DNA from: a virus | Lineage: Duplodnaviria > Caudoviricetes | Length of the DNA: 64,000 nucleotides | Virus record (IMG/VR): IMGVR_UViG_3300034171_000062 | Location: 32,001 to 96,000 of that record | Strand: one strand, 5' to 3' | Shown here: piece by piece, positions 1-10,450 of the stretch | Position numbering within the stretch: position 1 is the first letter of the stretch | How the letters are laid out: each line of letters begins with the position of its first letter | The notes under the pieces: generated by a model | What the model saw: the letters and a program-made list of their open reading frames with translations, nothing else | Told to the model about the DNA's origin: nothing | Database searches by the model: none | Made by a program: the position numbers and the translations under genes

Positions 1-2
1 AC

Positions 3-2714
3 ATGACAACTCTCCGGAGGAAGGGGTTTATGGAGACAAATAAGACACAGCGCCGGGTCGACTTCGATTCGCGGGCTAAGCGCCAACACGCAGTGGTTAG
101 TAAGATCGTAACGGATAAAACACGCGCGCAAGGATACGACGAGGACGGCAATCGAAAACCGTTATCGCCCCCGCGCTCAATTCTAAACGCAGTGTCCGAC
201 CGCACCGCCAGTGTGACGCGCGACATCGAATCGATGGAGCAATTGCTTCCGGACATCGAGTTAGCCGCTCAGATTCTGGTCAGCAGCATTCTTTCACCCA
301 AAGACATGGGCGCGCCGAACCTCAATTTTACCTTTGCATCCTCATTTGAGAACGATGAATTGGGCGGTAAGTTGTTGAAGGTGATCAGTGAGTACTTCAC
401 AGACGACTATAGGATTAACGAGCAGCTGTCTGAAATCTTACACGACATTTTGTTTCGTAAAGGCTCTTATCCTCGGATGATTGTCCCCGAATCCAGTCTC
501 GATCAGATCATCAACGATCGCGGCCGGGTGTCGATGGAGTCATTAAGAGACCACGTCAACGCCGATGACATGTCCGTGTCCAATCTGGGTCTGCTGGGAG
601 ACATTGCCAAAGGGACTAAGAGTAACTCGGTCCCTGACAGCAAGTTGAGCATGGAGTCTTTGTTTGGTACGGTTCACGGTTCTGGTAGAACGGTGCCTAA
701 ATACACCAACATTCACAGCTACATTTCAGTCATCGATAACCCAGACGCCATCAAGATGCCTGGGGTCTATAAGAAGATCAGTCACGACAAAACCCAGTCC
801 ACGCTGGCCAGTCGCTTCATGACCCTGGAGGCTCGACGTAAAGACGAGAAGCAAAAGAACCAAAAGAAGCGCAATGCAGAAGCCAAAGAAAAGAACGTCG
901 ACTACGGGAAAACGGATCGCGACATAGAACGGAACATGGACAAAGGGCGGCAGCACAACCTGGAACCTGTGGTCGAGTTGCGAACCAAGTACAACACTGA
1001 CCGAGAGATGATTGGTCACCCGATGGTAGTACATCTGTCTACCGAAGCGGTCATTCCGGCCCACATTCCATCAAACCCGAAAGAGCACATCGGCTACTTT
1101 GTGTTGTTGGATCAGTTCGGCAATCCCATCAGCACTGCCACCGCGACGGATCATTACCGCGACCTGCAAGCCTCGTTCCAAAGCACTGGCTCTGAGAATC
1201 AGGTGTCTGCAGTACTGAAGGAACTGCGCGGTAACGCCGACATGGGTGACAACGGCGGGTCTACCGTTCAGTCCATACACGAAGCCACCACGGCGTTTGC
1301 TGACGTTATTGAGCGCAACCTGTTGGAGCGCATGCGCAAAGGCATGGGTCACGACTCTATTGAGCTGGCTCGGCCAAACGACGTCTATCAAATCATGCTC
1401 TGGCGCACCATGCAACGTAAGCACACACAGATGATGTATGTGCCCGCCGAATTGATGTCGTACATGGCGTTTTACTACAACAACCAAGGGGTGGGCAAGT
1501 CCCTACTTGAAGAGTCTCGGATCTTGGGTAGCATTCGAGTGATGTTGATGTTCGCCAACACCATGGCGTCTATTCGCAACTCCACGTCTCGCACGGAACT
1601 GGGCATTGAGTTGGACCCGAACGACACCGACCCCATGAGCACCATCGACATGGTTCGCGATGCGTTCATGCGGTCTCGGTCCGAGCTGTACCCCTTAGGG
1701 GAAGGCGACCCAGCTGCGGTGGTGAAGTATCTGCAGCAGTCGGGTGTCGACGTGGTGTACTCGGGGCACCCGGGACTACCCGAGATGAAAGTGGAAACCA
1801 ACGAACGGTCCCCTAGCAAGGTACTGATGGATCGGGATCTGGAAGAGTCCCTGCGTCATCAACACATCATGTCCTTGGGTCTCTCGCCTGAGACGGTAGA
1901 TGCCAGCACTGGGGTTGAGTTTGCCACCACGTTGGTGAACTCCAGTCTCTTGTTGTCCAAACGGGTGGCGTTGTATCAGCGCGGGTTCGAAGACATGCAA
2001 AACGACTTTATCCGCAAATACACCGAGAACTCGGAGACGCTGATCACCAAGTTGATCGAGGTGATCGAAGAGCACGGCGAGTCGCCAGAGAAAGCCGAAC
2101 CCATGGTCGTGGTGGATGCATTCATCGCCTCGATGGAAGTGGAGTTGCCCAAACCCGATTCGGCGACTTTGGAGTCTCAGATGGACTCGTTCCGGTCTTA
2201 CAGCGATTCGTTGGATTTGGCGATGGACGCGTGGATCTCTGACGAGTTTGCTATCCTGGACGCGGAAGGCGACGTGGCACAGTACTTACGTGAGATGCGT
2301 TCCGCCGTAAAAGCTCACTACCTGCGGCGCTGGTTGCGTGAGAACAACGTCTTCCCAGAATTGGAGGAGATCACGGAACTGACGGAAGACGGAAGTCCGG
2401 TTTACGATTTCGCTGAGTCTCAGGGCAAACACATGGACGCCGTATTGAAGTCCATGCACACTTACCTCGAGAAGGCGAAAAAGGCGGCCACCACACGTAA
2501 TGAGAAGTTGGACAAGCAACAAGATGCGCTGGGCGAACACGCACCAGGTGCAGACGACAGCGGGTACGATGCCGATTCCGGCGATGATCTCGGAGCCGAT
2601 TCCGGCGGAGACGGGTTTGGCGACACGGGCAGCGACGCGGACGTGACCGACGACGCCTCTGGCGCGGATGGGGAGAGTGACGACGGGCTTGGTGACCTCC
2701 CCGAATTTACATAA
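3..2714 (+). CDS. phiKZ-like large virion protein, probable portal (gp129-like)
   Basis: 903 aa; N-terminal LLPDIELAAQILVSSILSPKDM segment recalls phiKZ-family portal proteins; acidic Gly/Asp tail; start may be at 3 or 30. Confidence 0.6.
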   Translation: MTTLRRKGFMETNKTQRRVDFDSRAKRQHAVVSKIVTDKTRAQGYDEDGNRKPLSPPRSILNAVSDRTASVTRDIESMEQLLPDIELAAQILVSSILSPKDMGAPNLNFTFASSFENDELGGKLLKVISEYFTDDYRINEQLSEILHDILFRKGSYPRMIVPESSLDQIINDRGRVSMESLRDHVNADDMSVSNLGLLGDIAKGTKSNSVPDSKLSMESLFGTVHGSGRTVPKYTNIHSYISVIDNPDAIKMPGVYKKISHDKTQSTLASRFMTLEARRKDEKQKNQKKRNAEAKEKNVDYGKTDRDIERNMDKGRQHNLEPVVELRTKYNTDREMIGHPMVVHLSTEAVIPAHIPSNPKEHIGYFVLLDQFGNPISTATATDHYRDLQASFQSTGSENQVSAVLKELRGNADMGDNGGSTVQSIHEATTAFADVIERNLLERMRKGMGHDSIELARPNDVYQIMLWRTMQRKHTQMMYVPAELMSYMAFYYNNQGVGKSLLEESRILGSIRVMLMFANTMASIRNSTSRTELGIELDPNDTDPMSTIDMVRDAFMRSRSELYPLGEGDPAAVVKYLQQSGVDVVYSGHPGLPEMKVETNERSPSKVLMDRDLEESLRHQHIMSLGLSPETVDASTGVEFATTLVNSSLLLSKRVALYQRGFEDMQNDFIRKYTENSETLITKLIEVIEEHGESPEKAEPMVVVDAFIASMEVELPKPDSATLESQMDSFRSYSDSLDLAMDAWISDEFAILDAEGDVAQYLREMRSAVKAHYLRRWLRENNVFPELEEITELTEDGSPVYDFAESQGKHMDAVLKSMHTYLEKAKKAATTRNEKLDKQQDALGEHAPGADDSGYDADSGDDLGADSGGDGFGDTGSDADVTDDASGADGESDDGLGDLPEFT

Positions 2715-2791
2715 CGCGTTAACATGAAAGGCACGGTCGAATGTTATGATCCTGCCTTTCTTTTCTCTTTTTCAGTAAGGAACACTCACCT

Positions 2792-3643
2792 ATGCGTAAT
2801 GTGACACGTACCGTGTACGGCGCGGCCATGCAAACCGCAATGTACATCGGCAAATCGTATCAAGTTCAGGAAAGCAGCACCCTGAATGAGAAGTTTGGCA
2901 TTGAAGTTAATGCTTTACCCAGTACCGAGGAACGACACGCCGTTCGGTACTTCTGTATTGGCAATGGCGGGCACCGAGCGATTGTAGGGGCAGAAGGTCT
3001 GTCTTATACAACCCCGAACCACCACGAAGCCACAGACGCCGCTTGTTTCAATCACCTGCCATTTGTGCTTCGGGAAGTCACCGACGACCTCAGTGGTGAG
3101 GTTCGATCTAAGTACGCTCTGCGTCGAGAAGAGAACCACAATGGTCGACAGTACTTTGCTTACTACGGCAAACGTCTGGAACTGGACTCGGTCGAAGTCA
3201 ACATGCAAAAGACCTCAGTCGATGGCAACAACCAATCGTCCGAGCCGTTTGTGCCAACGTCGGCCAACTTGAACCCAGAACCCATGGCAGGAACCGATGA
3301 AGAAAGCAACGTCATCGAAGCCTCTGGCGAATACGTGTCTGGCAGCGCGGTGGTCACCATTGACTTCACGGCGCTGGACGCCGAAGAACTGCGCAGCGTG
3401 GCGTTGATTCTGTACGGCGATGAGAAGTACGCGGTGATCTCTGAGATCGCTTTAGTTGGCGGTGTAGACAGAGTGGCCACAGGTCCAGGTCCGGGCAACA
3501 ACACCATCAACTATAATGAAGTCATTGCGGCTCAGGTCACAACCTTCATTGCGTCCTACTATCAATTGGACATGCAGAACAACGGCTTCACCTTCACCGC
3601 AGACGTGGGTGTCACCGAACCTCTGTACGCCATCAGCGAGTAA
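2792..3643 (+). CDS. phiKZ-like conserved virion structural protein
   Basis: TLNEKF...YFCIGNGGH...HLPFVLR motifs recall a phiKZ-family structural protein; AAGGA RBS. Confidence 0.65.
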   Translation: MRNVTRTVYGAAMQTAMYIGKSYQVQESSTLNEKFGIEVNALPSTEERHAVRYFCIGNGGHRAIVGAEGLSYTTPNHHEATDAACFNHLPFVLREVTDDLSGEVRSKYALRREENHNGRQYFAYYGKRLELDSVEVNMQKTSVDGNNQSSEPFVPTSANLNPEPMAGTDEESNVIEASGEYVSGSAVVTIDFTALDAEELRSVALILYGDEKYAVISEIALVGGVDRVATGPGPGNNTINYNEVIAAQVTTFIASYYQLDMQNNGFTFTADVGVTEPLYAISE

Positions 3644-3648
3644 TTACT

Positions 3649-4254
3649 ATGTTGATCGTACCTACTGGGGATGATCGGCTGCGCATCGTAAGTTTCGACC
3701 CGGGTACCGACACCTTAGGCAGCAGTGTTTTGGAGATCAATGTCCGAACACTTCAGTTGACGGTGTTGGATGCTCAAACGTTTGTCTCTCGCCGCCCTAT
3801 TCGTTACCGCCCAGAATACCAACGGGTGGAAGAAGTCTACGGAGATCGGTTGGCCCGACTGTCAAGTCATCGACACGCAGTCATTGGACATCTTGTACGC
3901 TGGCAACCACACACCGTGGCATGTGAGTCTCCGTTCATGGGGATGAGAGCACAAGCGTTTGAGGCCTTGATCGAATGTGTAAACGTAATACGATGGGCCG
4001 TGCACGATCACGACCCTACGGTACCCGTTGAAATGATCTCCCCACCACAAGCAAAGAAGACGGTGGGGGCGTCGTTTCGAGGTTCGGATAAGAACGACGT
4101 CCGACAGGGGGTGGAGAAACTGATCGACCAGTCGCAAGGGCAGATGACCTATCAAGCGTATCAACCCTTTCATACCCTGGACGAACACAGCATCGACGCC
4201 ATTGCCGTAGGGATTTGTCATTATCAGCAGTGGGTAGACATTCTCACCCACTGA
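3649..4254 (+). CDS. RuvC-like Holliday junction resolvase
   Basis: IVSFDPG (Asp), ACESPF (Glu) and DEHSIDAIAVG acidic catalytic pattern of the RuvC fold. Confidence 0.8.
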   Translation: MLIVPTGDDRLRIVSFDPGTDTLGSSVLEINVRTLQLTVLDAQTFVSRRPIRYRPEYQRVEEVYGDRLARLSSHRHAVIGHLVRWQPHTVACESPFMGMRAQAFEALIECVNVIRWAVHDHDPTVPVEMISPPQAKKTVGASFRGSDKNDVRQGVEKLIDQSQGQMTYQAYQPFHTLDEHSIDAIAVGICHYQQWVDILTH

Positions 4255-4276
4255 TTTATTAGACGGGGAAGAAGTC

Positions 4277-4912
4277 ATGTCCATCGGCAGTCTATTGGGT
4301 AAATTAAACCCCACCACAATTAAGAGTAAAATGTTGTTGGCGGCTGGGGTGGCTCTTCTCGTCTTCATTGTTTGGTTTGGCAGTAAGTGGGATTCGTGGA
4401 AGATCGAACGTCTTGAAAAAGAAAACATGAAGCTGGACGTTGAAAACCAATCGTCCAAACAAGCGGCCGAGGACGCCAAGTCCGTTCGGGTCATTGATGA
4501 AACCGCCGTTACTGGCACCTTAGACCGTCAGAAAGCGGCCGAGGCTAACAGCAACGTGATTCAGGAACAGGTGAGAAATGATGTACGCCGATTACAACAG
4601 AAACTGGTCGTTGAACAACGGGCCTTGGACCAGGCCCGGACGGACTTGGCGCTTTTGGAGCTCCGCCGATCTGACCTTGGACGACCCCAACAAATCCCGC
4701 CCGCGCCGGTGGCCATCGAAGGGATTGAGGCACCGTCTACCCGGGTGGTCGTCAAAACCATCGAGGTCTCCGTGGCAGCCGTTAACACTCGTGTTGCTCA
4801 GCGGGTTGTTGATGGCATGTGGGTCAACTACTGTGGTCAAGTACCGAACGATCGCGGTTGTCCCACCCTCAGCGTTGATCCGGGAAGTAACGCCGAGTCC
4901 CCCGCCAAATAA
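4277..4912 (+). CDS. i-spanin (Rz-like)
   Basis: Single N-terminal TM segment (LLAAGVALLVFIVWF), long coiled coil, C-terminal Cys pair; overlapped by a lipoprotein ORF. Confidence 0.65.
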   Translation: MSIGSLLGKLNPTTIKSKMLLAAGVALLVFIVWFGSKWDSWKIERLEKENMKLDVENQSSKQAAEDAKSVRVIDETAVTGTLDRQKAAEANSNVIQEQVRNDVRRLQQKLVVEQRALDQARTDLALLELRRSDLGRPQQIPPAPVAIEGIEAPSTRVVVKTIEVSVAAVNTRVAQRVVDGMWVNYCGQVPNDRGCPTLSVDPGSNAESPAK

Positions 4913-5105
4913 AGAAGCGTTTGTGGCCGCCGATGATGCGGAACGGCTTATCTTGATATCTGAGGCCTGGCACAAACAAACGGACAAAGTCCTGGTTGGT
5001 AACGAACAGACTCGTGGGTTGGCGGACTGGCGTGAGTCTATCTTGGACTATTACAAAGAAGACCCGGACGTTGAGGTGGTGAGTGGGGATGAGTTTAAGC
5101 GATGA
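4725..5105 (+). CDS. o-spanin (Rz1-like lipoprotein), overlapping the i-spanin in the +1 frame
   Basis: Lipobox LLMA-C after a hydrophobic stretch, then Pro-rich VVPPSALIREVTPSPPP; start (TTG 4725) uncertain. Confidence 0.65.
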   Translation: MRHRLPGWSSKPSRSPWQPLTLVLLSGLLMACGSTTVVKYRTIAVVPPSALIREVTPSPPPNKEAFVAADDAERLILISEAWHKQTDKVLVGNEQTRGLADWRESILDYYKEDPDVEVVSGDEFKR

Positions 5106-5110
5106 AACTG

Positions 5111-5140
5111 GGGGAGGGCTGACGTCCTCCCCTTATGCCG
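5111..5140 (+). terminator. hairpin followed by TTATGCCG
   Basis: GGGGAGGGC-TGAC-GTCCTCCCC-TTATGCCG just after the spanin stop. Confidence 0.7.
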
Positions 5141-5151
5141 TTGGTTGAATG

Positions 5152-5172
5152 AGATTTCAAGAATATATCATC
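5152..5172 (+). promoter_or_regulatory. putative phage early-type promoter
   Basis: AGATTTCAAGAATATATCATC resembles the AT-rich TATTAC-type early promoters of phiKZ-like phages; sits at the head of the small-gene region. Confidence 0.4.
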
Positions 5173-5268
5173 CACATGGACCCTTGCGTTCAACGGTCAA
5201 GCTATTATCTAGAACGGCATCTTTGGATGTTATGGATGGCACCTCACAAAATTCACAGGAGAAGAACC

Positions 5269-5613
5269 GTGAAGGTCGAGAAAACAATTAAGAAGATTCG
5301 CAAAGCCATTGACAAGATACCCGATGTCTCCCGCTGTGTGATAACCCTCATGCCAGAGACAGGTCACTTTAAAGTCGGCGCAAAAAATAAAGTGGCGTTT
5401 CGGTTCTTCCGCGATCAATTGGAAGGCGACGACGCCAAGGCCGTCAATCTGTGTTACGGCACTGGCGGTCGATTAGAGGTGGTCTTCTCAACCCATCGCA
5501 TTCAGTACATCCCGTACAGTGAAACCGGCAAACGCCTCCCCACCATTGTGCTGGAAGGTCCGGTCACGGAAATCGAAGACGCCCAAGACGAAAACTACGC
5601 ACTGCCCGCTTGA
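5269..5613 (+). CDS. hypothetical protein
   Basis: ORF; GTG start after AGGAG. Confidence 0.7.
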   Translation: MKVEKTIKKIRKAIDKIPDVSRCVITLMPETGHFKVGAKNKVAFRFFRDQLEGDDAKAVNLCYGTGGRLEVVFSTHRIQYIPYSETGKRLPTIVLEGPVTEIEDAQDENYALPA

Positions 5614-5694
5614 GGTGGAGATTAACATCTAGCGTAGAGATTGCTCTACGTTAGTCCCTGCCTTACTTATCTTAATGATTGGAGATTGTAGTCA

Positions 5695-6396
5695 ATGTGT
5701 CCTCAGTACGTTGAAGAATTCAAACCTACCCAAACATACCGACCCGTAACGCGTGAGGCCCGTTACATCAATCGGATCGTGTCTGGACAACACCTTTCCT
5801 TGGACCACGCCTTGTTCCTACCCTCATCCCTTGAGGCAATCCGGAGCATAGTCCACAACGAATCACACCGAGTGTATCTAGAAGCGGATCTTCGATTACT
5901 GACGGGAGAGTTACCCGCTAAGATTCCAGCTAACGTAGATCGACTGCTCCAGTTGTATCGCCGGATGCCCTTCTCGATGCTCGATCAGATCAGTGAGGGT
6001 GAACTGCATCGTCTGATCTTGGAGATGGACTCCGGGTTCTCTCCGAAGAAAGCCTCCGAAGCTCTGTGGGGTATGGAGATCATTGTAAGCGATCACGATC
6101 TACCTTTTGATCGATTGACCTGGGGATTGGATTGGTTACAGAAACACCACTATCTCCCTGAACGAGACCCCGACGAACTTTTGATTGAGGAAACCGGCAG
6201 CAACTGCGTCTTAATCCGCGGCATTGAAATTTTAGCAGAACGCATTTTGGTCAATCAAAACGGCAGTCATCACACCGGCCGCATTCAACAATTATCCCGG
6301 TGGCCCGGGGTGGAACACACAGTACTCGAATCCGACAGCTTCGGACCCCTTCGATGCGGGTTACTCACCAACAAAGGAACCATCTGTTATGGGTAA
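5695..6396 (+). CDS. hypothetical protein
   Basis: 233-aa ORF with GGAG RBS. Confidence 0.7.
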   Translation: MCPQYVEEFKPTQTYRPVTREARYINRIVSGQHLSLDHALFLPSSLEAIRSIVHNESHRVYLEADLRLLTGELPAKIPANVDRLLQLYRRMPFSMLDQISEGELHRLILEMDSGFSPKKASEALWGMEIIVSDHDLPFDRLTWGLDWLQKHHYLPERDPDELLIEETGSNCVLIRGIEILAERILVNQNGSHHTGRIQQLSRWPGVEHTVLESDSFGPLRCGLLTNKGTICYG

Positions 6397-6754
6397 GGAA
6401 ACAAGTATAGGCGTTGGGTGGACCCTACATGGCGATGGAACGACGCATCTGATTTCTCAACCGTCAGCCGCCGATATCGCTACGTTGAAAGAGATCGAGC
6501 CTTCGGAGGCTCGCATATACCTGATCGACGCAGTCGTCGACGGGAAACATTACTCCGACGTCATTGCAGTGGGTACCATGATCGTCCCTCACATCACTTC
6601 GATCGACAGTGACGGACTACTTCACCCAATCCTGCGATTGACTCTCAGTCCGTTCTATCCCACGGTCATTAGTTACATTACAGACTACTACGTCAGAACC
6701 TATAAGGTCAAAGCGTATCTGGTCAACCTGCACCGAATATATAACCTGAATTAA
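6389..6754 (+). CDS. hypothetical protein
   Basis: Overlaps the upstream stop; AAGGA RBS. Confidence 0.7.
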   Translation: MGKETSIGVGWTLHGDGTTHLISQPSAADIATLKEIEPSEARIYLIDAVVDGKHYSDVIAVGTMIVPHITSIDSDGLLHPILRLTLSPFYPTVISYITDYYVRTYKVKAYLVNLHRIYNLN

Positions 6755-6757
6755 CCC

Positions 6758-6790
6758 TAAAGGGAAGGCTTCGGTCTTCCCTTTATGCCG
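6758..6790 (+). terminator. hairpin (UUCG loop) followed by TTATGCCG
   Basis: TAAAGGGAAGGC-TTCG-GTCTTCCCTTTA-TGCCG. Confidence 0.75.
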
Positions 6791-6901
6791 AATACGCTCT
6801 GTGTATTATGTTATTTTGAATCCACTTGACCGATGTAATGATAGGGACGTGCGTCCCCCTGAATGCATCGCCCCTATCGCGCAACACCCAGGAGAGTAGT
6901 A

Positions 6902-7234
6902 ATGTCTGTGTCCACATTCATGCAGTTTGGTCTCGAGTCTGACATCGATGCCAAGGATGTAGGTCAACCTAAGTTTCGATTGGTTGAAAGGTTCCCGCAT
7001 GGAGAGACCCTTTGCGTGCTATTGGGGTCTTTGCATATGCCGCTTGAAGATGAGGCTACCGTTGAAGCCGTTGAGGCGTACGTTAACACCCAAACCTTAC
7101 GGGACACGTTGATCCTAGCGCTCAGCCGTCACTTTAACCGCCCTATCGCGACAGGGTCGATCTTTGAATACGTCCCCAGCGAAGCGGCGGCGTACCTCTT
7201 ACCCCCCGGTATTGAAAGGACCGCGAGAAGATGA
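6902..7234 (+). CDS. hypothetical protein
   Basis: ATG after GGAG; ATGA-coupled to the next gene. Confidence 0.6.
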   Translation: MSVSTFMQFGLESDIDAKDVGQPKFRLVERFPHGETLCVLLGSLHMPLEDEATVEAVEAYVNTQTLRDTLILALSRHFNRPIATGSIFEYVPSEAAAYLLPPGIERTARR

Positions 7235-7635
7235 TCCATGAAACCCTGATTCACCAACTCACTGTAAAAGCGCTGTGTAAGCGTATGGACTTGGGATCTA
7301 GAGAAGTCGATGTTCTGCTGCTGTTATACACCAGTAAAAGCCTCAGTACCCCCAGCATTCATCAGTTACTGGGTATCCGTAAGAGCGAGATCAACCGCCG
7401 TCTGGGTCCGAGACTAATAACGTTGGGTTGGCTGGCGTCCGAACAAGTCACCCACTCCAATAAACCCGGTTTGCCAACGAACCGTTGGTGGATACCAAAA
7501 GACAAACACGCAGATCTTGACGAGACGTTTCGTGAGATTCGTCGAGAGGTGATTTCGACCTTGGGTCTTACGTACAGCGAAGACCTACAATGGACCGCCC
7601 TATCGCCCGATGGCGGCGACAGCGGCTCCCCGTAA
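7231..7635 (+). CDS. winged helix-turn-helix protein (TrmB/MarR-like)
   Basis: LGSREVDVLLLL...LSTPSIHQLLGIRKSEINRRLGPRLITLGWL pattern. Confidence 0.6.
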   Translation: MIHETLIHQLTVKALCKRMDLGSREVDVLLLLYTSKSLSTPSIHQLLGIRKSEINRRLGPRLITLGWLASEQVTHSNKPGLPTNRWWIPKDKHADLDETFREIRREVISTLGLTYSEDLQWTALSPDGGDSGSP

Positions 7636-7743
7636 AACAAAAGGATACATAGATGACTACTCCACTAACCAAAGTTACCCGCCACAGCGAGCGACTGAGT
7701 AAAGAGTTGCAGATTACCGCCCCCAGACAGAGACGTTTATTGC

Positions 7744-8100
7744 ATGGATAATTCAGCCCAATTGAATCTGTTGTGGAACTTTCAACGCGACGGTCTCCGT
7801 CACGTGTATCTGGTGGTGGGCGATGAGGACGCTGGAACAGCGTTGCGACGATTTGAAGACGACACCAAGATTTCAGCGACCCTCGTGACCGTGCATCCCA
7901 AAACGCCTCAAGCGAGAATCGACAGCGCCGTGGCCGATCACGACTGTTGTGTCTTCTACCTTCGCAGTAACATCCCAGGGACCATGCGGCATCTTCGGTG
8001 TCTGTTGGAACAACACAAATATTCGACGGAACTTCTCGAGTGCATCAATAAAGTCTACCACATCGACAATTCACGGTACCGATACGCGCTGGCGGCCTGA
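7744..8100 (+). CDS. hypothetical protein
   Basis: ORF in a co-directional array. Confidence 0.55.
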   Translation: MDNSAQLNLLWNFQRDGLRHVYLVVGDEDAGTALRRFEDDTKISATLVTVHPKTPQARIDSAVADHDCCVFYLRSNIPGTMRHLRCLLEQHKYSTELLECINKVYHIDNSRYRYALAA

Positions 8101-8108
8101 GGTGAGTT

Positions 8109-8609
8109 ATGACTGAAACAAAGTCTCACGCGATTTCCGACGAAGAGATTCGAGACATTGCAGTGCAGGCCGGCTTCACTATGAGAGATCAAGAAGACGG
8201 TAGGTGCGATTTGAACCCATACGTCTACGACTTTGCGCGGAAGCTCATCCGGCGGGCGAAGAACATTCATGTCAAGTCCGAAACAACCGCGAAATCGATC
8301 TTAATCGTAAAGGTGGACAAACGGACGGGGGCCACAAAAGAGTACGAAGTCTCATCGTCCGTGATTGATGCTGCTCAACATTGGCTCTCGTCTTTGCAGC
8401 TGTCGAGCGACATGTCTTTGATTTCGGAACTGGGAGACACGCCGTACATGTTCGCTAAGGTACTCACCAACAACCTAGACGATCGACATGTATACATGCT
8501 AGTGAGAGGTAATGAGTTGAACGAAATGGGCGCGGCCATAAACGCACTCATTCACAAACGTTGGCCGAGTATGGAGGATGAAGTGCCCTCGCCATTTGAC
8601 GTAAATTAG
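8109..8609 (+). CDS. hypothetical phage protein
   Basis: GAGGTGA RBS; N-terminal LNPYVYDFAR motif recalled from other phage proteins. Confidence 0.7.
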   Translation: MTETKSHAISDEEIRDIAVQAGFTMRDQEDGRCDLNPYVYDFARKLIRRAKNIHVKSETTAKSILIVKVDKRTGATKEYEVSSSVIDAAQHWLSSLQLSSDMSLISELGDTPYMFAKVLTNNLDDRHVYMLVRGNELNEMGAAINALIHKRWPSMEDEVPSPFDVN

Positions 8610-8647
8610 GAACTACTCGACTCGGCATTAAAAGAAGGACTTTTATA

Positions 8648-9310
8648 ATGACCGATTTAATCACCATTAAAATACACGACGGGATTGGGGCCGGGTTAGT
8701 TCTACTCGACACACCTGAAACGTGTTGCTTAGTCTACGAACATCTTGCCAACACGTTTGGCGACGACCTAGTGATCATCGATCTTTCTAATTTACCCAAC
8801 CCATTGGAAATTGTACAAGGTCAAGCGCAGGCTCGAGATGTCCTCTTTTGTCTGAAGACGACCAATTTCCATCCAGGCGACATAACCGACGTTCAACGGT
8901 GGTTGTCTAATCACAACATCTCCAACGAGATCCTCACTTACTGCGGCGACCTGTGGGTCGTAGTGGATGTGGATTACTTAAACAACACTCACTTTGATAA
9001 TAAGGTAGTTAGCATGAATCAGACATCTGAAACCCCTGTAGAAAACGTTCGCCCTCGTGTACGCGTAGAGATCGCCGGTACGCGTTCTGGCTGCGGTAAG
9101 TCGTCGGTGGCGGCGTTGATTATTCAGGCGCTGCAAAAGGCTGGGTTCGATGACATCAAGGTGACTAGTCAAAGCGACAATATTAAAGAACAAGTATTGG
9201 CCGGTGTGGACATTGCTCGACTCGTTCCACTCCCGGGGATCGATGTCATCGATCGCTATGGCGATGTGGCGGCAGTGGAAGATGACGATGGCAATACATG
9301 GGGCGCGTAA
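8648..9310 (+). CDS. hypothetical protein with a C-terminal P-loop-like segment
   Basis: AAGGA RBS; EIAGTRSGCGKSS. Confidence 0.6.
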   Translation: MTDLITIKIHDGIGAGLVLLDTPETCCLVYEHLANTFGDDLVIIDLSNLPNPLEIVQGQAQARDVLFCLKTTNFHPGDITDVQRWLSNHNISNEILTYCGDLWVVVDVDYLNNTHFDNKVVSMNQTSETPVENVRPRVRVEIAGTRSGCGKSSVAALIIQALQKAGFDDIKVTSQSDNIKEQVLAGVDIARLVPLPGIDVIDRYGDVAAVEDDDGNTWGA

Positions 9311-9567
9311 TTCAGCCTTTGTGTCCACATTGTACACACAAGGTACGGGGACCCTCTCGTATATACGGTCAGTCGGCGTATTTCTGCACACACTGTCGGA
9401 GATACGGACCGTGGAAGAGTCGCGGTCGATGTCGAAGAGACAGTACCCTTCACCCGGTGACACATACTGACGTTGTAATGTTGTCTATGAGACCATAACT
9501 TGCGTGAGATTACGTTCAGACCCCTAAACATACATCAACTTACCCACACCTGAAAGAGGAGGTAGTA

Positions 9568-9867
9568 ATGCCGTGTTCATCGCAGAAACAACACGACCTA
9601 ATGGTCGCTGTCAGTAAAGACAAGGACCTGGCGGAGAAACTTAACGTCAAACAGGAAGTTGCCAAGGAGTTCATTAAGAAAGATGAAGAGGAGGGCCTGT
9701 GGCAAGCCGCGCCGGAACTCAATGAAATCGAAGTCGAGTCCTTAACGTTAGAAGCTGTAACGGAACAGGAATTGATATCGAAGGAGATGCGAGACGACGC
9801 CAAGGAGGCACCAATGTTTCGCATGGAAGATCGCTTCGTAGAAGCGGGCGATGGGGGGGCCGAGTAA
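9568..9867 (+). CDS. small conserved-type phage protein
   Basis: Strong AGGAGG RBS; MPxxSxKQ...VAKEF motif. Confidence 0.7.
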   Translation: MPCSSQKQHDLMVAVSKDKDLAEKLNVKQEVAKEFIKKDEEEGLWQAAPELNEIEVESLTLEAVTEQELISKEMRDDAKEAPMFRMEDRFVEAGDGGAE

Positions 9868-9967
9868 GGCTCTACTCTATCGTGTTAACCCCCACTTTGA
9901 CCGTTGATGGTTCCACACCCAACCCTAATGGAAGTTGACGGTCGATCGATTGAGGAGACATGGAAGT

Positions 9968-10435
9968 ATGGACAAGACAGTACACACCGTGTTCGATTTT
10001 CGAACTGCACTTATGCGTTCACCTGGCAGTTGTCAAATACTTCTGCGGACTGGAGACAAAGGTTTTCAGATCATGCACATGGTTGAAGTCAACCGCGGTG
10101 GACATCCGTCCATAATCCTTGAAGCAATCGGGGTCCCAGATGACCTAGTGTCGCTGGCCACTCTTTCGCCCGGAAACCGTTTTCGTTTTCAAGAAATGCT
10201 TGAAGACGATTTGGAAGTCGTGCAGGTGGACGTAGAACCGGATCACGAACTGATCATGGAAATCCGTCACGTCAGAGAAGGTTGGCATGGCCGCGTTGGC
10301 CTGATGACTGGTGCTGTAGATTGGGACATAGGGCGATACTACGACACACGTGTATTGCCAATGCGCCGCGGTGAAGACCGTGGCCTAAGACCACCAACCG
10401 GTGATCCTATCCCCGAGCGACGCGCTGGACGTTAA
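9968..10435 (+). CDS. hypothetical protein
   Basis: GAGGAG RBS; followed by a terminator. Confidence 0.65.
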   Translation: MDKTVHTVFDFRTALMRSPGSCQILLRTGDKGFQIMHMVEVNRGGHPSIILEAIGVPDDLVSLATLSPGNRFRFQEMLEDDLEVVQVDVEPDHELIMEIRHVREGWHGRVGLMTGAVDWDIGRYYDTRVLPMRRGEDRGLRPPTGDPIPERRAGR

Positions 10436-10450
10436 TCCATCTGGAAATGC

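Noticed and set aside
7653-7751. 32-codon ORF with an AAGGA RBS, possibly frameshifted into 7744..8100
   Set aside because: No convincing slippery site, and a small gene cannot be distinguished from a frameshift without homologs.
9070-9105. GxGKS as evidence of an NTPase or kinase
   Set aside because: The segment is too short for a full P-loop domain and has no clear Walker B.
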